Assembly (NCBI RefSeq): GCF_963921235.1
Contig: NC_086097.1
Span: forward strand, 91,452,001-91,516,000
Reading direction: 5' to 3'
Source of the DNA: Mobula hypostoma
Taxonomy: Eukaryota
DNA: 64,000 nucleotides
Below the pieces are notes generated by a model. The model made no database searches and was not told the origin of the DNA. It saw nothing but the letters and a program-made list of their open reading frames with translations. The translations under genes and the position numbers were made by a program. Positions 39,289-52,526 of the stretch are shown here, piece by piece. Every line of letters begins with the position of its first letter. Position 1 is the first letter of the stretch.

Positions 39289-39645
39289 CTGGTTTCCAGT
39301 GCTGCTCCTTCTTCAAGCAACTCTTCAGACAATACCTCCACATTAAAGAAAGCCTTTAGGATATCTTGCAGCTCTTCTCTCCGAGCTTTGGGAAGACTTT
39401 CGGCATTGAGTAAGGCCCGGGCTCCGGATCGCACCTGCCTACGGACTGGGTCCTCCAGTAACCGAACGCTCTCCTCAGAGCCAACTGGTGCATTGAACTC
39501 CTTGGCCAGCTGCTGCTTTAGGATGTTGTCATAACAGTTTGAGGCAGCATGGCAGGCAGTGCACAGGAGGAGGATGTCATGAGAATTGTGGTCTTTCATC
39601 TGAATCGGAAAGTGCTTGCGATATTCATGAGGCACAATATTTTTC
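39289..39645 (-). CDS. EXD2: EXD2 penultimate coding exon, (R)KNIVPHEYRKHFP...CTACH...EEGAALET(R)
   Basis: Within ORF 39273-39659. Acceptor cttag, donor gtgtgg, 357 bp, phase 2 at both ends. Confidence 0.95.
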
Positions 39646-39879
39646 CTAAGGGAAGACAAACCATTCCTTTAATTTGGATCTTAACTACAAATAGAAGTGA
39701 TACCACAGGCTGCAGCAGATGACCAACTCCCCAATCAATTATTGCTGAAATAATTGCTGTAAGTAACCAAGATTACTTCCATGTACATAATTCATACTGC
39801 ACACCTTTTCCATCCAAATGCAGGCTAGGCAATGACTATACCAAGCAATGTGTTCTCAATGCCATGCCCACCAGCAGCT

Positions 39880-40755
39880 CCCAGTTGAGAGTTATTTTCA
39901 CTCTCATCGCAATTCCCACAATGACCTATTTGTCCATGGCCTCCTCCACTGCCAGGGTGAGGCTAAATATGAGCACCTCATATTCAGTCTGAGTAATCCG
40001 CAACTGTAAGGTATGACCAATGAATTCTTCAGTTTCAGGTAACTTATACCATTCTCTGTTCCATTCTCTCTCCTGCTCGTCGAGCCAGTTCCTCCTACAC
40101 ACAGCCACCCTACACCAACTCTCCATCAACCCGTTTCCTTCCCCTCCTCACTCACTCCTGTCCACCTATTGGCTGGTGGCGCAATGGCATCAGCGCCGGA
40201 CTCTGGAGCAAAGGCTCCCGAGCTCGAATCCAAGTCGGGCCACCCTCCCGAGCACGCTTTCCATCCGTGCCGGATTGAGCGTCGAGCTAGCCACTCGGCC
40301 CTGTAAAAAAAAAGGGTTGAGTCAGGAACGTTCATATCATGACTCGGTTAATCAGGAACGAGTCAGAAACGTTCATATTGTGACTCAGTTAATCCGAAAG
40401 GACACCAATCCTGACACCACGCGCCAGACAAGAATGGTTGACTGGTGCAACACGCTAAAAAAAATAATAATCCACCTATTCCACTTCCCTTACTTGGTTC
40501 TATGCTCTACCTTCTTCTATCAAATTTAATCATTTTGCAGCCATTTGTTACCTCTATCTCTCAGCCTGTCACTAATTCCAGCTGCCTATCACCCTTCCTC
40601 ACCTGAACCCGTCTATCACTTGCCAGTTACTGCCACTCCTTTCAACCTGGGTCTTTACACCGGCCATCTCTCCTCCTATATTTCAGCCCAGAAATGAAGG
40701 GTCTTGACCTGAAATATCCACTGTTCATTACTGCTTGACCTGCTGAGTTCCTCCG
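39880..40755 (+). mobile_element. Old Penelope-like 3' fragment in EXD2 intron
   Basis: GTCCATGGCCTCCTCCACTG...CACCTCATATTC matches the GIY-YIG end. Decayed terminus TGAAGGGTCTTGACCTGAAA...CCTGCTGAGTTCCTCC. Confidence 0.75.
40171..40470 (+). mobile_element. tRNA-derived SINE, 300 bp
   Basis: A-box TGGCGCAATGG, B-box-like GCTCGAATCC, A-rich tail and perfect 10-bp TSD TCCACCTATT (40161-40170, 40471-40480). Confidence 0.9.
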
Positions 40756-42485
40756 CTACTTAATGACTCACATTGCCTCCATCTGTCAATTCCTTTTTCC
40801 AACATCCTCCAAACCGGTGCCCAACCACAGATTGAAGCAAGAATTGGCCACTTAATCTTTTAATTTTTACCAACAGTCAAAGATAAATGTGGCCCATCAC
40901 CATACAACTGAAATTTAAATTAAAATTAAAAATTTAAAAAAAAATCCAAATACTTTCAGACTTTGGTTACCAAAATTCACACATTTAAGAGATTCACATA
41001 TCAATTACTTTTTGCACAAGACATTTCCCAAATGTCTGTTACTTTATGCTTATAGAAGTATTTACCAAATGTTTAGGTTCAACAGAAGCAATCTTACCTA
41101 TGTGATAGGATGTTATTTAGTCCTTCAGTTAAGATCATTTGCATTACATGATCCTTCTTTTTTCTGTATTTGTTCATGACATTTTAATGATCCATTTGCA
41201 TGAGCCCCAAGTCTCTTTAGATTGCCAATGTTTCTAATTTTATTTTCAGTTTTCAAGCTATTCTGTTATTTTTTTAAGTCCACAATAGATTATCTGATAT
41301 TAAAATCAATCTGTTTTTATGCCTAATGCAATCATTTAATATCTTTAAATTTAATGCTTTAGCTAACATTGCTTACGATGTTGCCTACATTTGGGTCATG
41401 AGCAAACTTGAATATGTGGCTTTCAGTAATGAATTGTTCCTGTCCCCATGTGAATTCATGAAGGGATACTTAATCACATGCTGCTAATTTAAGCACCTTA
41501 ATATTATTCCCAGTTTTCATATATTCATATAGGCTTTCCCTGATCAACTACAGATTTTTAAACACCCTTTTATAATGCAGTGTGGGATAAACTAGATTAA
41601 ATTATCCTAAAATAGCCTATTGCTATGCAATCAAGGGACAGCTAGATTTTAAGATCATGGCACTGAATTGGTACTTCTATAAGGTTGTTTAACACTTACT
41701 TTTGATCCTTCAGTCCCCCGGTTCAAAATACAATAAACCCGACCACTATCAATCCATCATTCAAGTTCCAGACTCCAACCCCATAACCCTGTGATAGTCC
41801 TCTAACCCAGAAAACCCAACCCTATGAAAGGTCTACTCTCTCAAATTATTCAAAGCCCCAATCCTCCAGTCCCTCAAATGTTTCAGACACTTGATGTTTC
41901 CAAACTGATCCCAACCTCCCACTGTCCCAAGAGTGCACTAGCATTTCTCGAAACAATGAGTAGAATGGAAGCAATATCCTTTTTAAGATCTTGTTAGACT
42001 GAAAAATACTACTTCAAATAAAACAGTTACAAATGGAACAGTTCCTGCTCTGTGCCAAGTGAGTAATAAAGACACTAAGTTTTCATGAAATCACTGCTGC
42101 ATTCAAAAGGAAAATATGGCCAGTGTACATTAGGTGAAGATAGAATTCAAGCTGGTTGGATTGCCAGGATCTTATTTGCATCTACTTTGAATTCAGGTGT
42201 CACCAATGCATGCTTTTTGAAGTAAAATTAAACATTTGAACAGAAGGAAACTTCACAAACAGTCTGAATCATATTTAACCCCCTGCATCACTCTCATTTA
42301 TATCCAAATGCTACAGGGCTGCTGTCTAATACATGACTCACAAAGTTAATGTGTTTATTTATTCATTTGTGGAATGTAGCTTTATTGACAAAGACACCTG
42401 CTTTTCCCAGTTCTTAACTGCTCAATGAAATAGCTGTTTGCCCGTGCATCAGAGGTGCACATTACAAGAAACTAACCAGCAATAA

Positions 42486-45240
42486 TAAGACCATAAGACA
42501 TAGGAGCAGAATTAGGCCACCTGGCCTACTGAATCTGCATTCCATTCAATCACGGCTGATATGTTTTCTTCTCCTCCTCAACCCCAGTTCCTGGCTTTTG
42601 ATGTCATGTCCAATCAATAACCTATCAATCTCTACCTTAAATACACCCAATGACCTGGCCTCCACAGCTGCATGTAGCAACAAATTCCACAAATTCACCA
42701 TCCGCTGGCTGAAGAAATTTCTTTGCATCTGTTTTGAAAGGACACCCCTCTATCCTGCGGCTGTGCCCTCTTGTCCTAGATGCTCCCATTATGTGAAACA
42801 TCCTTTCCACACCTACCCTGTCTAGTCCTTTCAACATTCGAAAGGTTTCAATGAGATGCCCCCTCATCCTTCTGAATTCCAGCGAGGACAGACACAGAGC
42901 CATCAAATGTTCCTCGGATGATAACCCCTTCATTCCTGGAATCATCCTTGTGAACCTCCTCTGGACCCTCTCCAATGCCAGCACATCTTTTCTAAGGTGA
43001 AGGGCCCAAAACTGTTCACAATACTCAAGGTGAGGCCTCACCAGTACCTTATAAAACCTCAGAACCACATCCTTGCTCTTGTATTCTAGACCTCTTGAAA
43101 TGAATGCCAACATGGCATTGGCCTTCCTCACCACCAACTCAACCTGCAAGTTGACCTTCAGGGTGTTCTGCACAAGGACTCCCAAGTCCCTCTGCATCGC
43201 AGATTCCTGGATTTTCTCCCCGTTTAAAAAAATAGTCCGCACATTTATTTCTACTACCAAAGTGCATGACCATGCATTTTCCAACATTGTATTTCATTTG
43301 CCATTTTCTTGCCCATTCCGTGCACATGCGCCTGTCGTGCATGCAGCCTGGTACAGCCGTTCCAATCTATTCCTACTTTCTTCTTCTTACTTTTTAACTT
43401 ACGTTATTTTTTGTATTTTTTTTCTCACGGTAACACGTCGAAGCTGCACCCTCTCTAACAATCTGGTAGAGAGAGTTTTATTTGAGTTCTTTTAGCGCTG
43501 GAAATAGTTACATCCCGACACACGGGACAGAAGCAAGGTCACATTGTGTATGGCAGGGACCAGCTAATGTTGACCGATTTAGCGAGCAGAGCGGCGGACA
43601 CCCCTGCTGAAATCTGGAGGAAAACACACAGAGGATGCAGAGGGGGATCACAAAGTCGAGGAAAGAGGACCGGGTCGAGACAACAGAGACTTATGGAGAA
43701 GAGGAGTTCGGTGGGTAATACCGTCCTGGCTGACTGGAAGTGCACTGAGAGCGGTAAGCGTAAAGGAGTTGGGCGCTTACTGATCTGGTTAACAACAGAT
43801 GGTGCAATCTGGGTCATAATACGATTGAGGAACGTGTTTGTAGACCGGATATTGAACTTTTTACTGTTGGACTTCAGCCACATTCCACCGTGATACAACA
43901 CTTGGTGGCACGGGAGGTCGTTCCTGCCTGTGGCCATCGAACGTGCAGCTCCTCACGTGGAGGGTCAGACAATCCTGAGCCAATAGACTGGTCCTGGACT
44001 TATTTTCTATCTGGCATAGTTTGCATTTTGTTGTTTGATTGTTTATGGTTTTTGTATTGCTAGATTTACGCTCTATTCTTGGTTGGTGCGGCTGTAACAA
44101 AACCAAATTTCCCTCGGGATTGTTAAAGTATATCTAGCTATCTATTCTCCTAATCTGTCTAAGTCCTTCTGCATCCTACTTGTTACTGCCTGCCCCTCCA
44201 CCAATCTTCGTATCATCTGCAAGCTTGGCAACAAAGCCATCTGTTCCATCACCTAAATCATTTATATACAGCATAAAAAGAAGTGGTCCCACACTGATCC
44301 CTGCGGAACACCACTAGTCAATGGCAGCCAACCAGAAAAAGATCCTTTCATTCACACTTCTTGCCTCCTACCAATCAGCCAATGCTCTATCCATGTTAGT
44401 AACTTTCCTGTAATACCATGGGCTCTTAACTTGGTAAGCAGCCTCATATGTGGCACCTTGTCAAAGGTCTTCTGAAAGTCCAAACGTACAACATCCACTG
44501 CATCCCCTTTATTTATTCTACCTGTAATCTCCTCAAAGAATTCCAACAGGTCCGTCAGGCAGGATTTTCCCTGAAGGAAACCATGCTGACTTTGTACTAT
44601 CTTGTCCTGTGTCACCAAGTACTCCATCACCTCATGCTTAACAATTGACTAACACCTTCCCAACCACTGAAGTCAAGCTAACTGGTCTATAATTTCCTTT
44701 CTGCTGCCTTCCTCCTTTCTTAAAGAGTGGAGTAATGTTTGTAATTTTCCAGTCCTCTGGCACCATGAATGTTACCTCTTTTATAACCCTAGGGTGCAGT
44801 TCATCTGGTCTGGGTGACTTATGTACCTTTAAGTCTTTTAGCCTTTTGAGCATCTTCTCTCTTGTAACAGTAATTGCACCCACTTCTCTTCCTTCACACA
44901 CTACAACATCAGGCATACTGCTAGTGTCTTCCGGTGAAGACTGATGCAAAATAATCATTTAGTTCAGCAACCACTCCTTGTCCCCGTTACTATTTCTCCT
45001 GCCTCATTTTCTAGCAGTCCTATATCCACTCTCATTCCTCTTATTTTTAACATACTTGAAAAAACTTTTTACTATCCACTTTGATATTATTTGCTAGCTT
45101 GCTTTCATATTTCATCTTTTCCCTTTAATGACTTTCTTAGTTGCTCTCTATAGGTTTTTAAAAACTTCCCAACCCTCTATCTTCCCACTACGTTTTGCTT
45201 TGCTGTATGCCTTCTCTTTTGCTCCTACAATAGCTTTGCC
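42486..45240 (-). mobile_element. CR1 LINE ORF2 fragment interrupted by a Rex1-type element
   Basis: NYRPVSLTS, QHGF..GKSCLT, LVRPHLEYC and CR1 tail. Confidence 0.92.
43319..44143 (+). mobile_element. Internally deleted Rex1-type LINE
   Basis: 5' UTR, endonuclease remnant (SGKRKG...VNNRWCN.GH...PDIELL) joined to a 3' end homologous to 10495-10803, TATC-like tail. TSD ATTC. Confidence 0.75.
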
Positions 45241-45959
45241 AGCCACATAATGGAAAAACCAGTGCATGATTCAGAGTGAACTTAGTTGGCATGCCCCAGG
45301 CAGCTGCTCTCCTGGGTTAGTCACAGGCCATGCTTGGATCCCATCTTGGAAGAAGGTTAGATAACTTGATGCAACTACTGATGAAGAGACTGAATGCTCA
45401 AGCGGTCAGGTACTTCAGGTGGGGGACGTGGAGCTAATGAGACTTTGCTGGCCTGCGCTGAGCTTCAGCAGTGTTGCTGGTGCTGTATGAACTGACATCA
45501 TTGGAGAACATTCTACAGCGTTTCCTACCTGCTTTGTAGATGGTGAAAAGTGTTTGCAGACATAAGAGGAACCAAAAATCAAGCTGCTGGTAGAGTAAAA
45601 TGGACAGTACCATTTCGAAGGCACTTCATCTGCACCCTCTATAGATGATGTCTGAGCTGCTGAGTTCCTACAGGATATGAGCAAGAGTTTCTCCAGCTTC
45701 TTGCTTGTTTCTGTTGACTTGTCCAATAAATAGCTGACTGTGACAAGACTTCAGAGTTTAAACCTGAGCAGCATCTGGGGAAATGCTTGGCTCTGTTTCA
45801 TAGAAAATGGTTCCACTGCATGCTATAGATCTGTGTTGGACCTTTATCTGACTGGCACCTCTATTAGTGTATACTTGGTCCTGTTCTTCTCAAATCTTTA
45901 TTGAAGCAGGTTTGATCACTAAATTAACTGAAATACGTACTAGGGGGAAAGAATGCACA

Positions 45960-46190
45960 GGAATACAAGAGGCTACAGTGTGTCGTGGACTCATCCTGTT
46001 ACAATCCAGGTATAGCTCTCCCCAACATTAAGAACACCTACATGAGGTGATGTCTCAAAAAAGCTGCATCCACCATTAGAGATTCCACCATCTGGGCCAC
46101 GTCCTCTCGATGCTGCCATTAGGGAGAAGGCATAGGAGTCTGAAGACACATACCTCAATGTTCAATGAAACCTCCTTCTCCACCTGAATA
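45960..46190 (+). mobile_element. Rex1-type LINE 3' fragment
   Basis: Encodes KKAASTIRDS.H.GH...LP.GR..RSLKTHT, similar to 2385-2500. Confidence 0.55.
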
Positions 46191-46699
46191 CAAATTTGAG
46201 AGATACACTCAGACACAAGGTAACAGAATAGAAATAAACTCTACTCATGCTGATGAACCGTCAGAATTCATGGATGTGCAGTTTTCAGCAGCCAGAACTG
46301 TACTGAATCTATCCCGTTTAGATTAGTGTTGGTGCCAATAGAACATGATAGGATGCACTCAGTGATCACTGTAAACAACATCACAGAAGGTACATCTGTG
46401 ATGGGTACATTAGTAAGGCTGAGATCAAGTAGGTTTCTCCCATCTATTGATTTTTTCACCATCTGCCATATGGCTAATGTGACAGATGTATCAGTCAAAC
46501 CAGATATAGCAGTGTCGTGTTACTGAGCTACTTCTGTTGTGAACTTCAAAGTCCCAGGCAAAGGGCTGCTAACGCTGGTGGCAAAGGCAAAGGTGGTGGA
46601 GTCTCCCACACTGGCCGATCGATGTAATGTCAGGCTACCACTTAGACCAGTGTATGGGATAACTCTCCCAATTCATACATGTTCCAAGGTGACAATGAG

Positions 46700-47005
46700 G
46701 ATTATGTCAAAAGAGGAGGCTGTTTGGTCCATCTGCTCCAAGCCAACTCCTAACAGAGGAATTCCACATGTTTTATTCCCTGCTCTCCATTCCCCTTGGA
46801 CTCTTTTGCCACTTGCCTACACAGAGTTGATCTACAACACTCACTTAATCCGCCAGTGTGCTTTCTGGATCCAGGAGAAAACAGTAGCATGCAAGGGAAA
46901 CCTGTGTGGGAACAGGGAGAATTAAACTCCACATAGAGCTTATCAGAAGTTTAGGATCACACCTAGTCACTGGAGCTGTGAGACAACTGCACCACTATGA
47001 TTGCA
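46700..47005 (-). mobile_element. Degenerate V-SINE
   Basis: Minus strand CTCACAGCTCCAGTGAC...TGTGGAGTTT..TTCTCCCTGT...GGTTTCC. Confidence 0.5.
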
Positions 47006-47404
47006 CAGCATCGGATGGGCTAATTCTGCCTTGATACCTGAATTTAATCCTTTGATCGGGGGGGGGGGGGGTATTTTCTCTTAATGTATGCTTATTACTT
47101 CAATTTAATTCAACCAATTTATAAATCAATTCAGTGACAGTAAGAAAGTGCAAAAATGGGTCTATCAATTGCAAAAAGACAGAATAACCATATAACAATT
47201 ACAGCACAGAAACAGGCCATCTCAGCCCTTCTAGTCCGTGCTGATCGCTTACTCTCACCTAGTCCCACCGACCTGCACTCAGCCCATAACCCTCCATTCC
47301 TTTCCTGTCCATATAGCTACCCAATTTTACTTTAAATGACAATATCGAACCTGCCTCTACCACTTCTGCTGGAAGCTCGTCACACACAGCTACCACTCTC
47401 TGAG

Positions 47405-50372
47405 AAAGCTCAGGAAGGGATCGGAGAGTATGGCGAAGTGCAATAGGAATCAATGTGAAAGGTGAGGGGAGTAATGGATTAAAAGTATTATATATGAATG
47501 CACGAAGTATAAGAAATAAAGTGGATGAGCTTGAGGCTCAGTTAGAAATTGGCAAGTATGATGTTGTAGGAATAACAGAGACATGGCTGCAAGAGTACCA
47601 GAGCTGGTAAATGAATATTCAAGGGTATACGTCCTATCGAAAGGACAGACTGATGGGCAGAGGGGGTGGGGTGGCTCTGTTGGTGAGGAATGAAATTCAA
47701 TCCCATGCGAGGGGTGACACAGAATCAGGAGATGTAGAGTCAGTATTGATAGAACTGAGAAATTGTAAGGGCAAACAGACACTAATGGGAGTTATCTACA
47801 GGCCCCCAAACAGTAGCCTGGATACAGGGTGCAAGTTGAACCAAGAGTTAAAATTGGCATGTCGCAAAGGTAATGCTATGGTTGTTTTGGGGGATTTCAA
47901 CATGCAGGTAGACTGGGAAAATCAGGTTGGTACTGGACCCCAAGAAAGGGAGTTTGTGGAGTGCCTCCAAGATTGATTCTTAGAGCAGCTTGTACTGAAA
48001 CCTACCAGGGAGAAGACAATTCTGGATTTATTGTTGTGTAATGAACCGGATTTGATAAAGGAACTCTATGTAAAGGAGCCATTAGGAGGTAGTGACCATA
48101 ATATGATAAGTTTTAATCGACAATTTGAGAGGGAGAAGGGAAAATCGGAAGTGTCAATATTAAAATTGAACAAAGGGGACTATGGAGCCATGAGGGAGCA
48201 GCTGGCCAAAGTAGACTGGAAAGATACCCTAGCAGGGATGACAGTGAAACAACAATGGCAGGCATTTCTGGGAATAATACAGAAGGTGCAGGATCAGTTC
48301 ATTCCAAAGGGGAAGAAAGATTCTAAGGGGAGTAAGGGGCGACCGTGGCTGACAAGGGAAGTCAAGGACAGTGTAAAAATAAAAGAGAAGTAGTATAACA
48401 TAGCAAAGATGAGCGGGAAGCCAGAGGACTGGGAAACTTTTAAAGAGCAACAGAGGGTAATTAAAAAGGCAATACGGGAAGAAAAGATGAGATACGAAGG
48501 CAAGCTAGCCAAGAATATAAAGGAGGATAGTAAAAGCTTCTTTAGGTATGTGAAGAGGAAAAAATTAGTTAAGACCAAATTTGGGCCCTTAAAGACAGAA
48601 ACGGGTGAATTTATTATGGGGAACAAGGAAATGGCAGACGAATTGAACAAGTACTTTGGATCTGTCTTCACTAGGGAGGACACAAACAATCTCCCAGATG
48701 TAATAGTGGCAGAAGAACCTAGAGTAATGGAGGAACTGAAGGAGATTCACATTAGGCAGCAAATGGTGTTGGATAGACTGATGAGACTGAAGGCTGATAA
48801 ATCCCCAGGACCTGATGGTCTGCTTCCCAGGGTACTTAAGGAGGTGGCTCTAGAAATCGTGGATGCATTGGTAGTCATTTTCCAATGTTCTATAGATTCA
48901 GGATCAGTTCCTGCGGATTGGAGGGTAGCTAATGTTATCCCACTTTATAAGAAAGGAGGGAGAGAGAAAAAAGGGAATCATAGACCAGTTAGCCTGACAT
49001 CAGTGGTGGGGAAGATGCTGGAGTCAGTTATAAAGGATGAAATAGCGGCACATTGGGATAGCAGTAACAGGATCGGTCCGAGTCAGCATGGATTTACGAA
49101 GGGGAAATCATGCTTGACTAATCTTCTGGAAATTCTTGAGGATGTAACTTTGAAAATGGACAAGGGAGAGCCAGTGGATGTAGTGTACCTGGACTTTTCA
49201 GAAAGCCTTTGATAAGGTCCTACATATTAGTGGGCAAAATTATAGCACATGGTATTGGGGGTAGGGTACTGACATGGATTGAAAATTGGCTGGCTGACAG
49301 AAAACAGAGCAGGGATTAACAGGTCCCTTTCAGAATTGCAGGCGGTGACTAGTGGGGTACCGCAAGGCTCGGTGCTGGGACCACAGCTATTTACAATATA
49401 CATTAATGATTTAGATGAAGGGATTAAAAGAAACATTAGCAAATTTGCAGATGGCACAAAGCTGTGTGGCAGTGTGAAATGTGCGGAGGATGTTATGATA
49501 ATGCAGGATGACTTGGGCAGGTTGGGTGAGTGGGCAGATGCATGGCAGATGCAGTTTAATGTGGATAAATGTAAGGTTATCCACTTTGGTGGCAAGAACA
49601 GGAAGGCAGATTACTAACTGAATGGTGTCAAGTTAGGAGAAGGGGAAGTACAACGAGATCTAGGTGTCCTTGTTCATCAGTCACTGAAAGCAAGCATGCA
49701 GGTACAGCAGGCAGTGAAGAAAGCTAATGGCATGTTGGCCTTCATAACAAAGGGAGTTGAGTATAGGAGCAAAGAGGTCCTTCTGCAGCTGTACAGAGCC
49801 CTGGTGAGACCACACCTGGACTACTGTGTGCAGTTTTGGTCTCCAAATTTGAGGAAGGACATTCTTGCTATTGAGGGAGTGCAGCGTAAGTTCACGAGGT
49901 TAATTTCCGGGATGGCGGGACTGTCATATGTTGAAAGATTGGAGTGACTGGGGTTGTATACACTGGAAATTAGAAGGATGAGAGGCGATCTGATTGAAAC
50001 ATACAAGATTATTAAGGGATTGGATACACTAGAGGCATGAAACATGTTCCCGATGTTGGGGGAGTCCAGAACCAGAGGCCACAATTTGAGAATAAGGGGT
50101 AGGCCATTTAGAATGGAGTTGAGGAAAAACTTTTTCACTCAGAGGGTTGTGGATCTGTGAAATGCTCTGCCTCAGTAGGCAGTGGAGGCCAATTCTCTGG
50201 ATGCATTCAAGAAAGAGTTAGATAGAGTTCTTAATGATAGCAGAGTCAAGGGATATGAGGAGAATGCACGAAAAGGGTACTGATTGTGGGTGATCAGCCA
50301 TGATCACAGTGAATGGTGGTGCTGGCTTGAAGGGCTGAATGGGCTACTCCTGTACCTATTGCCTACTGTCTA
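47405..50372 (+). pseudogene. Near-complete CR1 ORF2 (APE endonuclease and RT) with 3' UTR, disabled
   Basis: KVLYMNARSIRNK...ITETWL, YRPPNS, GDFN, SDHN, KSPGPDG, PQGSVLGP, FADGTK. Several stops and frameshifts. Confidence 0.95.
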
Positions 50373-50399
50373 TAAAGAAGTTCCCCCTCATGTTACCCC

Positions 50400-51003
50400 G
50401 AAAGCAGGATCTCCCAGTGGCCACACATTTTAATTCCACATCCCATTCCCATTCTGACATGTCTATCCACGGCCTCCTCTACTGTAAAGACGAAGCCACA
50501 CTCAGGTTGGAGGAACACCTTATATTCCGTCTGGATAGCCTCCAACCTGATGGCATGAACATCGACTTCTCTAACTTCCGCTAGGCCCCACCTCCCCCTC
50601 GTACCCCATCTGTTACTTATTTTTATGCACACATTCTTTCTCTCACTCTCCTTTTTCTCCCCCTGTCCCTCTGAATATACCTCTTGCCCATCCTCTGGGT
50701 CCCTCCCCCCTTGTCTTTCTTCCCGGACCTCCTGTCCCATGATCCTCTCGTATCCCCTTTTGCCAAACACCTGTCCAGCTCTTGGCTCCATCCCTCCCCC
50801 TCCTGTCTTCTCCTATCATTTTGGATCTCCCCCTCCAACTTTCAAATCCCTTACTCACTCTTCCTTCAGTTAGTCCTGACGAAGGGTCTCGGCCTGAAAC
50901 GTCGACTGCACCTCTTCCTACAGATGCTGCCTGGCCTGCTACGTTCACCAGCAACTTTGATGTGTGTTGCTTGAATTTCCAGCATCTGCAGAATTCCTGT
51001 TGT
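50400..51003 (+). mobile_element. Penelope-like element 3' end
   Basis: DLPVATHFNSTSHSHSDMS...GMNIDFSNF and terminal repeat. 7-bp TSD TTACCCC (50393-50399, 51004-51010). Confidence 0.92.
50872..50907 (+). ncRNA. Minimal type I hammerhead ribozyme motif in PLE terminal repeat
   Basis: AGTC-CTGACGA-AGGGTCTCGGCCT-GAAA-CGTC-GACT. Intact core boxes, stem I AGTC/GACT, short stem II, palindromic stem III and GUC cleavage triplet. Activity untested. Confidence 0.75.
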
Positions 51004-52526
51004 TTACCCCTAAACTATTGCCCCCTCTCAACTCATGTCCTCTTGTTTGAATCTCCCTCTCAATGGAAAAAGCCTATACACGTCAACTCTATCTATCCCC
51101 ATCATAATTTTAAATACCTCTATCAAGTCCCCCGTCAACCTTCTATGCTCCAAAGAATAAAGACCCAACTTGTTCAACCTTTCTCTGTATCTTAGGTGCT
51201 GAAACCTAGGTAACGTTCTAGTAAATCTTCTCTGTACTCTCTCTACTTTGTTGACATCTTTCCTATAATTCGGTGAGCAGAACTGTACACAATACTCCAA
51301 ACTGGCCTTACCAATGCCTTGTACAATTTTAACATTACATCTCAACTCCTATACTCAATGCTCTGATTTATAAAGGCCAGCATACCAAAAGCTTTCTTCA
51401 CCACCCTATCCACATGAGATTCCACCTTCAGGGAACTATGCAACATTATTCCTAGATCCCTCTGTTCTACTGCATTCTTCAATGCCCTACCATTTACCAT
51501 GTATGTCTTATTTTGATCAGTCCTACCAAAATGTAGCACGTCACACATATCAGCATTAAACTCCATCTGCCATCTTTCAGCCCACTCTTCTAACTGGCCT
51601 AAATCTCTTTGCAAGCTTTGAAAACCTACTTCATTATCCACAACACCACCTATCTTAGTATCATCTGCATACTTACTAATCCAATTTACCACCACATCAT
51701 CCAGATCATTAATGTACATGACAAACAACATTGGACCCAGTACAGATCTCTGAGGCACACCATTAGTCACCGGCCTCCAATCTGTCAAACAGTTATCCAC
51801 CACTACTCTCTGGCGTCTCCCATCCAGCCACTGCTGAATCCATTTTACTACTTCAATATTAATACCTAACGATTGAACCTTCCTAACTAACCTTCCATGT
51901 GGAACCTTGTCAAAGGCCTTACTGAAGTCCATATAGACAACATCCACTGCTTTACCCTCGTCAACTTTCCTAGTAACTTCTTCAAAAAATTCAGTAAGAT
52001 TTGTCAATCATGACCTTCCATGCACAAATCCATGTTGACTGTTCCTAATCACACCCCGTCTATCCAGATAATTATCTATACCATCTCTAAGAATACTTTC
52101 CATCAACTTACCCACCACTGACGTCAAACTCAGAGGCCGATAATTGCTAGGTTTACTCTTAGAACCCTTTTTAAACAATGGAACAAAATGAGCAATACGC
52201 CAATCCTCTGGCACCATCCCCGTTTCTAATGACATTTGAAATATTTCTGTCAGAGCCCCTGCTATTTCTACACTAACTTCCCTCAAGGTCCTAGGAAATA
52301 TCCTGTCAGGACCCGGAGACTTATCCACTTTCATATTCTTTAAAAGTGCCAGTACTTCCTCTTCTTTAATCATCATAGCTTCCATAACTTCCGTTTCCCT
52401 TACCTTACACAATTCAATATCCTTCTCCTTAGTGAATACCGAAGAAAAGAAATTGTTCAAAATTTCCCCCATCTCTTTTGGTTCCACACATAGCTGTCCA
52501 CTCTGATTCTCCAAGGGACAAATTTT

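Larger units (their letters stand above)
47186..52526 (-). mobile_element. CR1 LINE split by a plus-strand CR1 and a PLE
   Basis: Tail at 47186-47404 continues at 50373-50399 and 51004-52526. RT with intact YADDTK in ORF 51342-52007. Confidence 0.9.

Noticed and set aside
40171..40241. tRNA gene
   Set aside because: Poor cloverleaf, altered B-box, and followed by a SINE body, tail and TSD.
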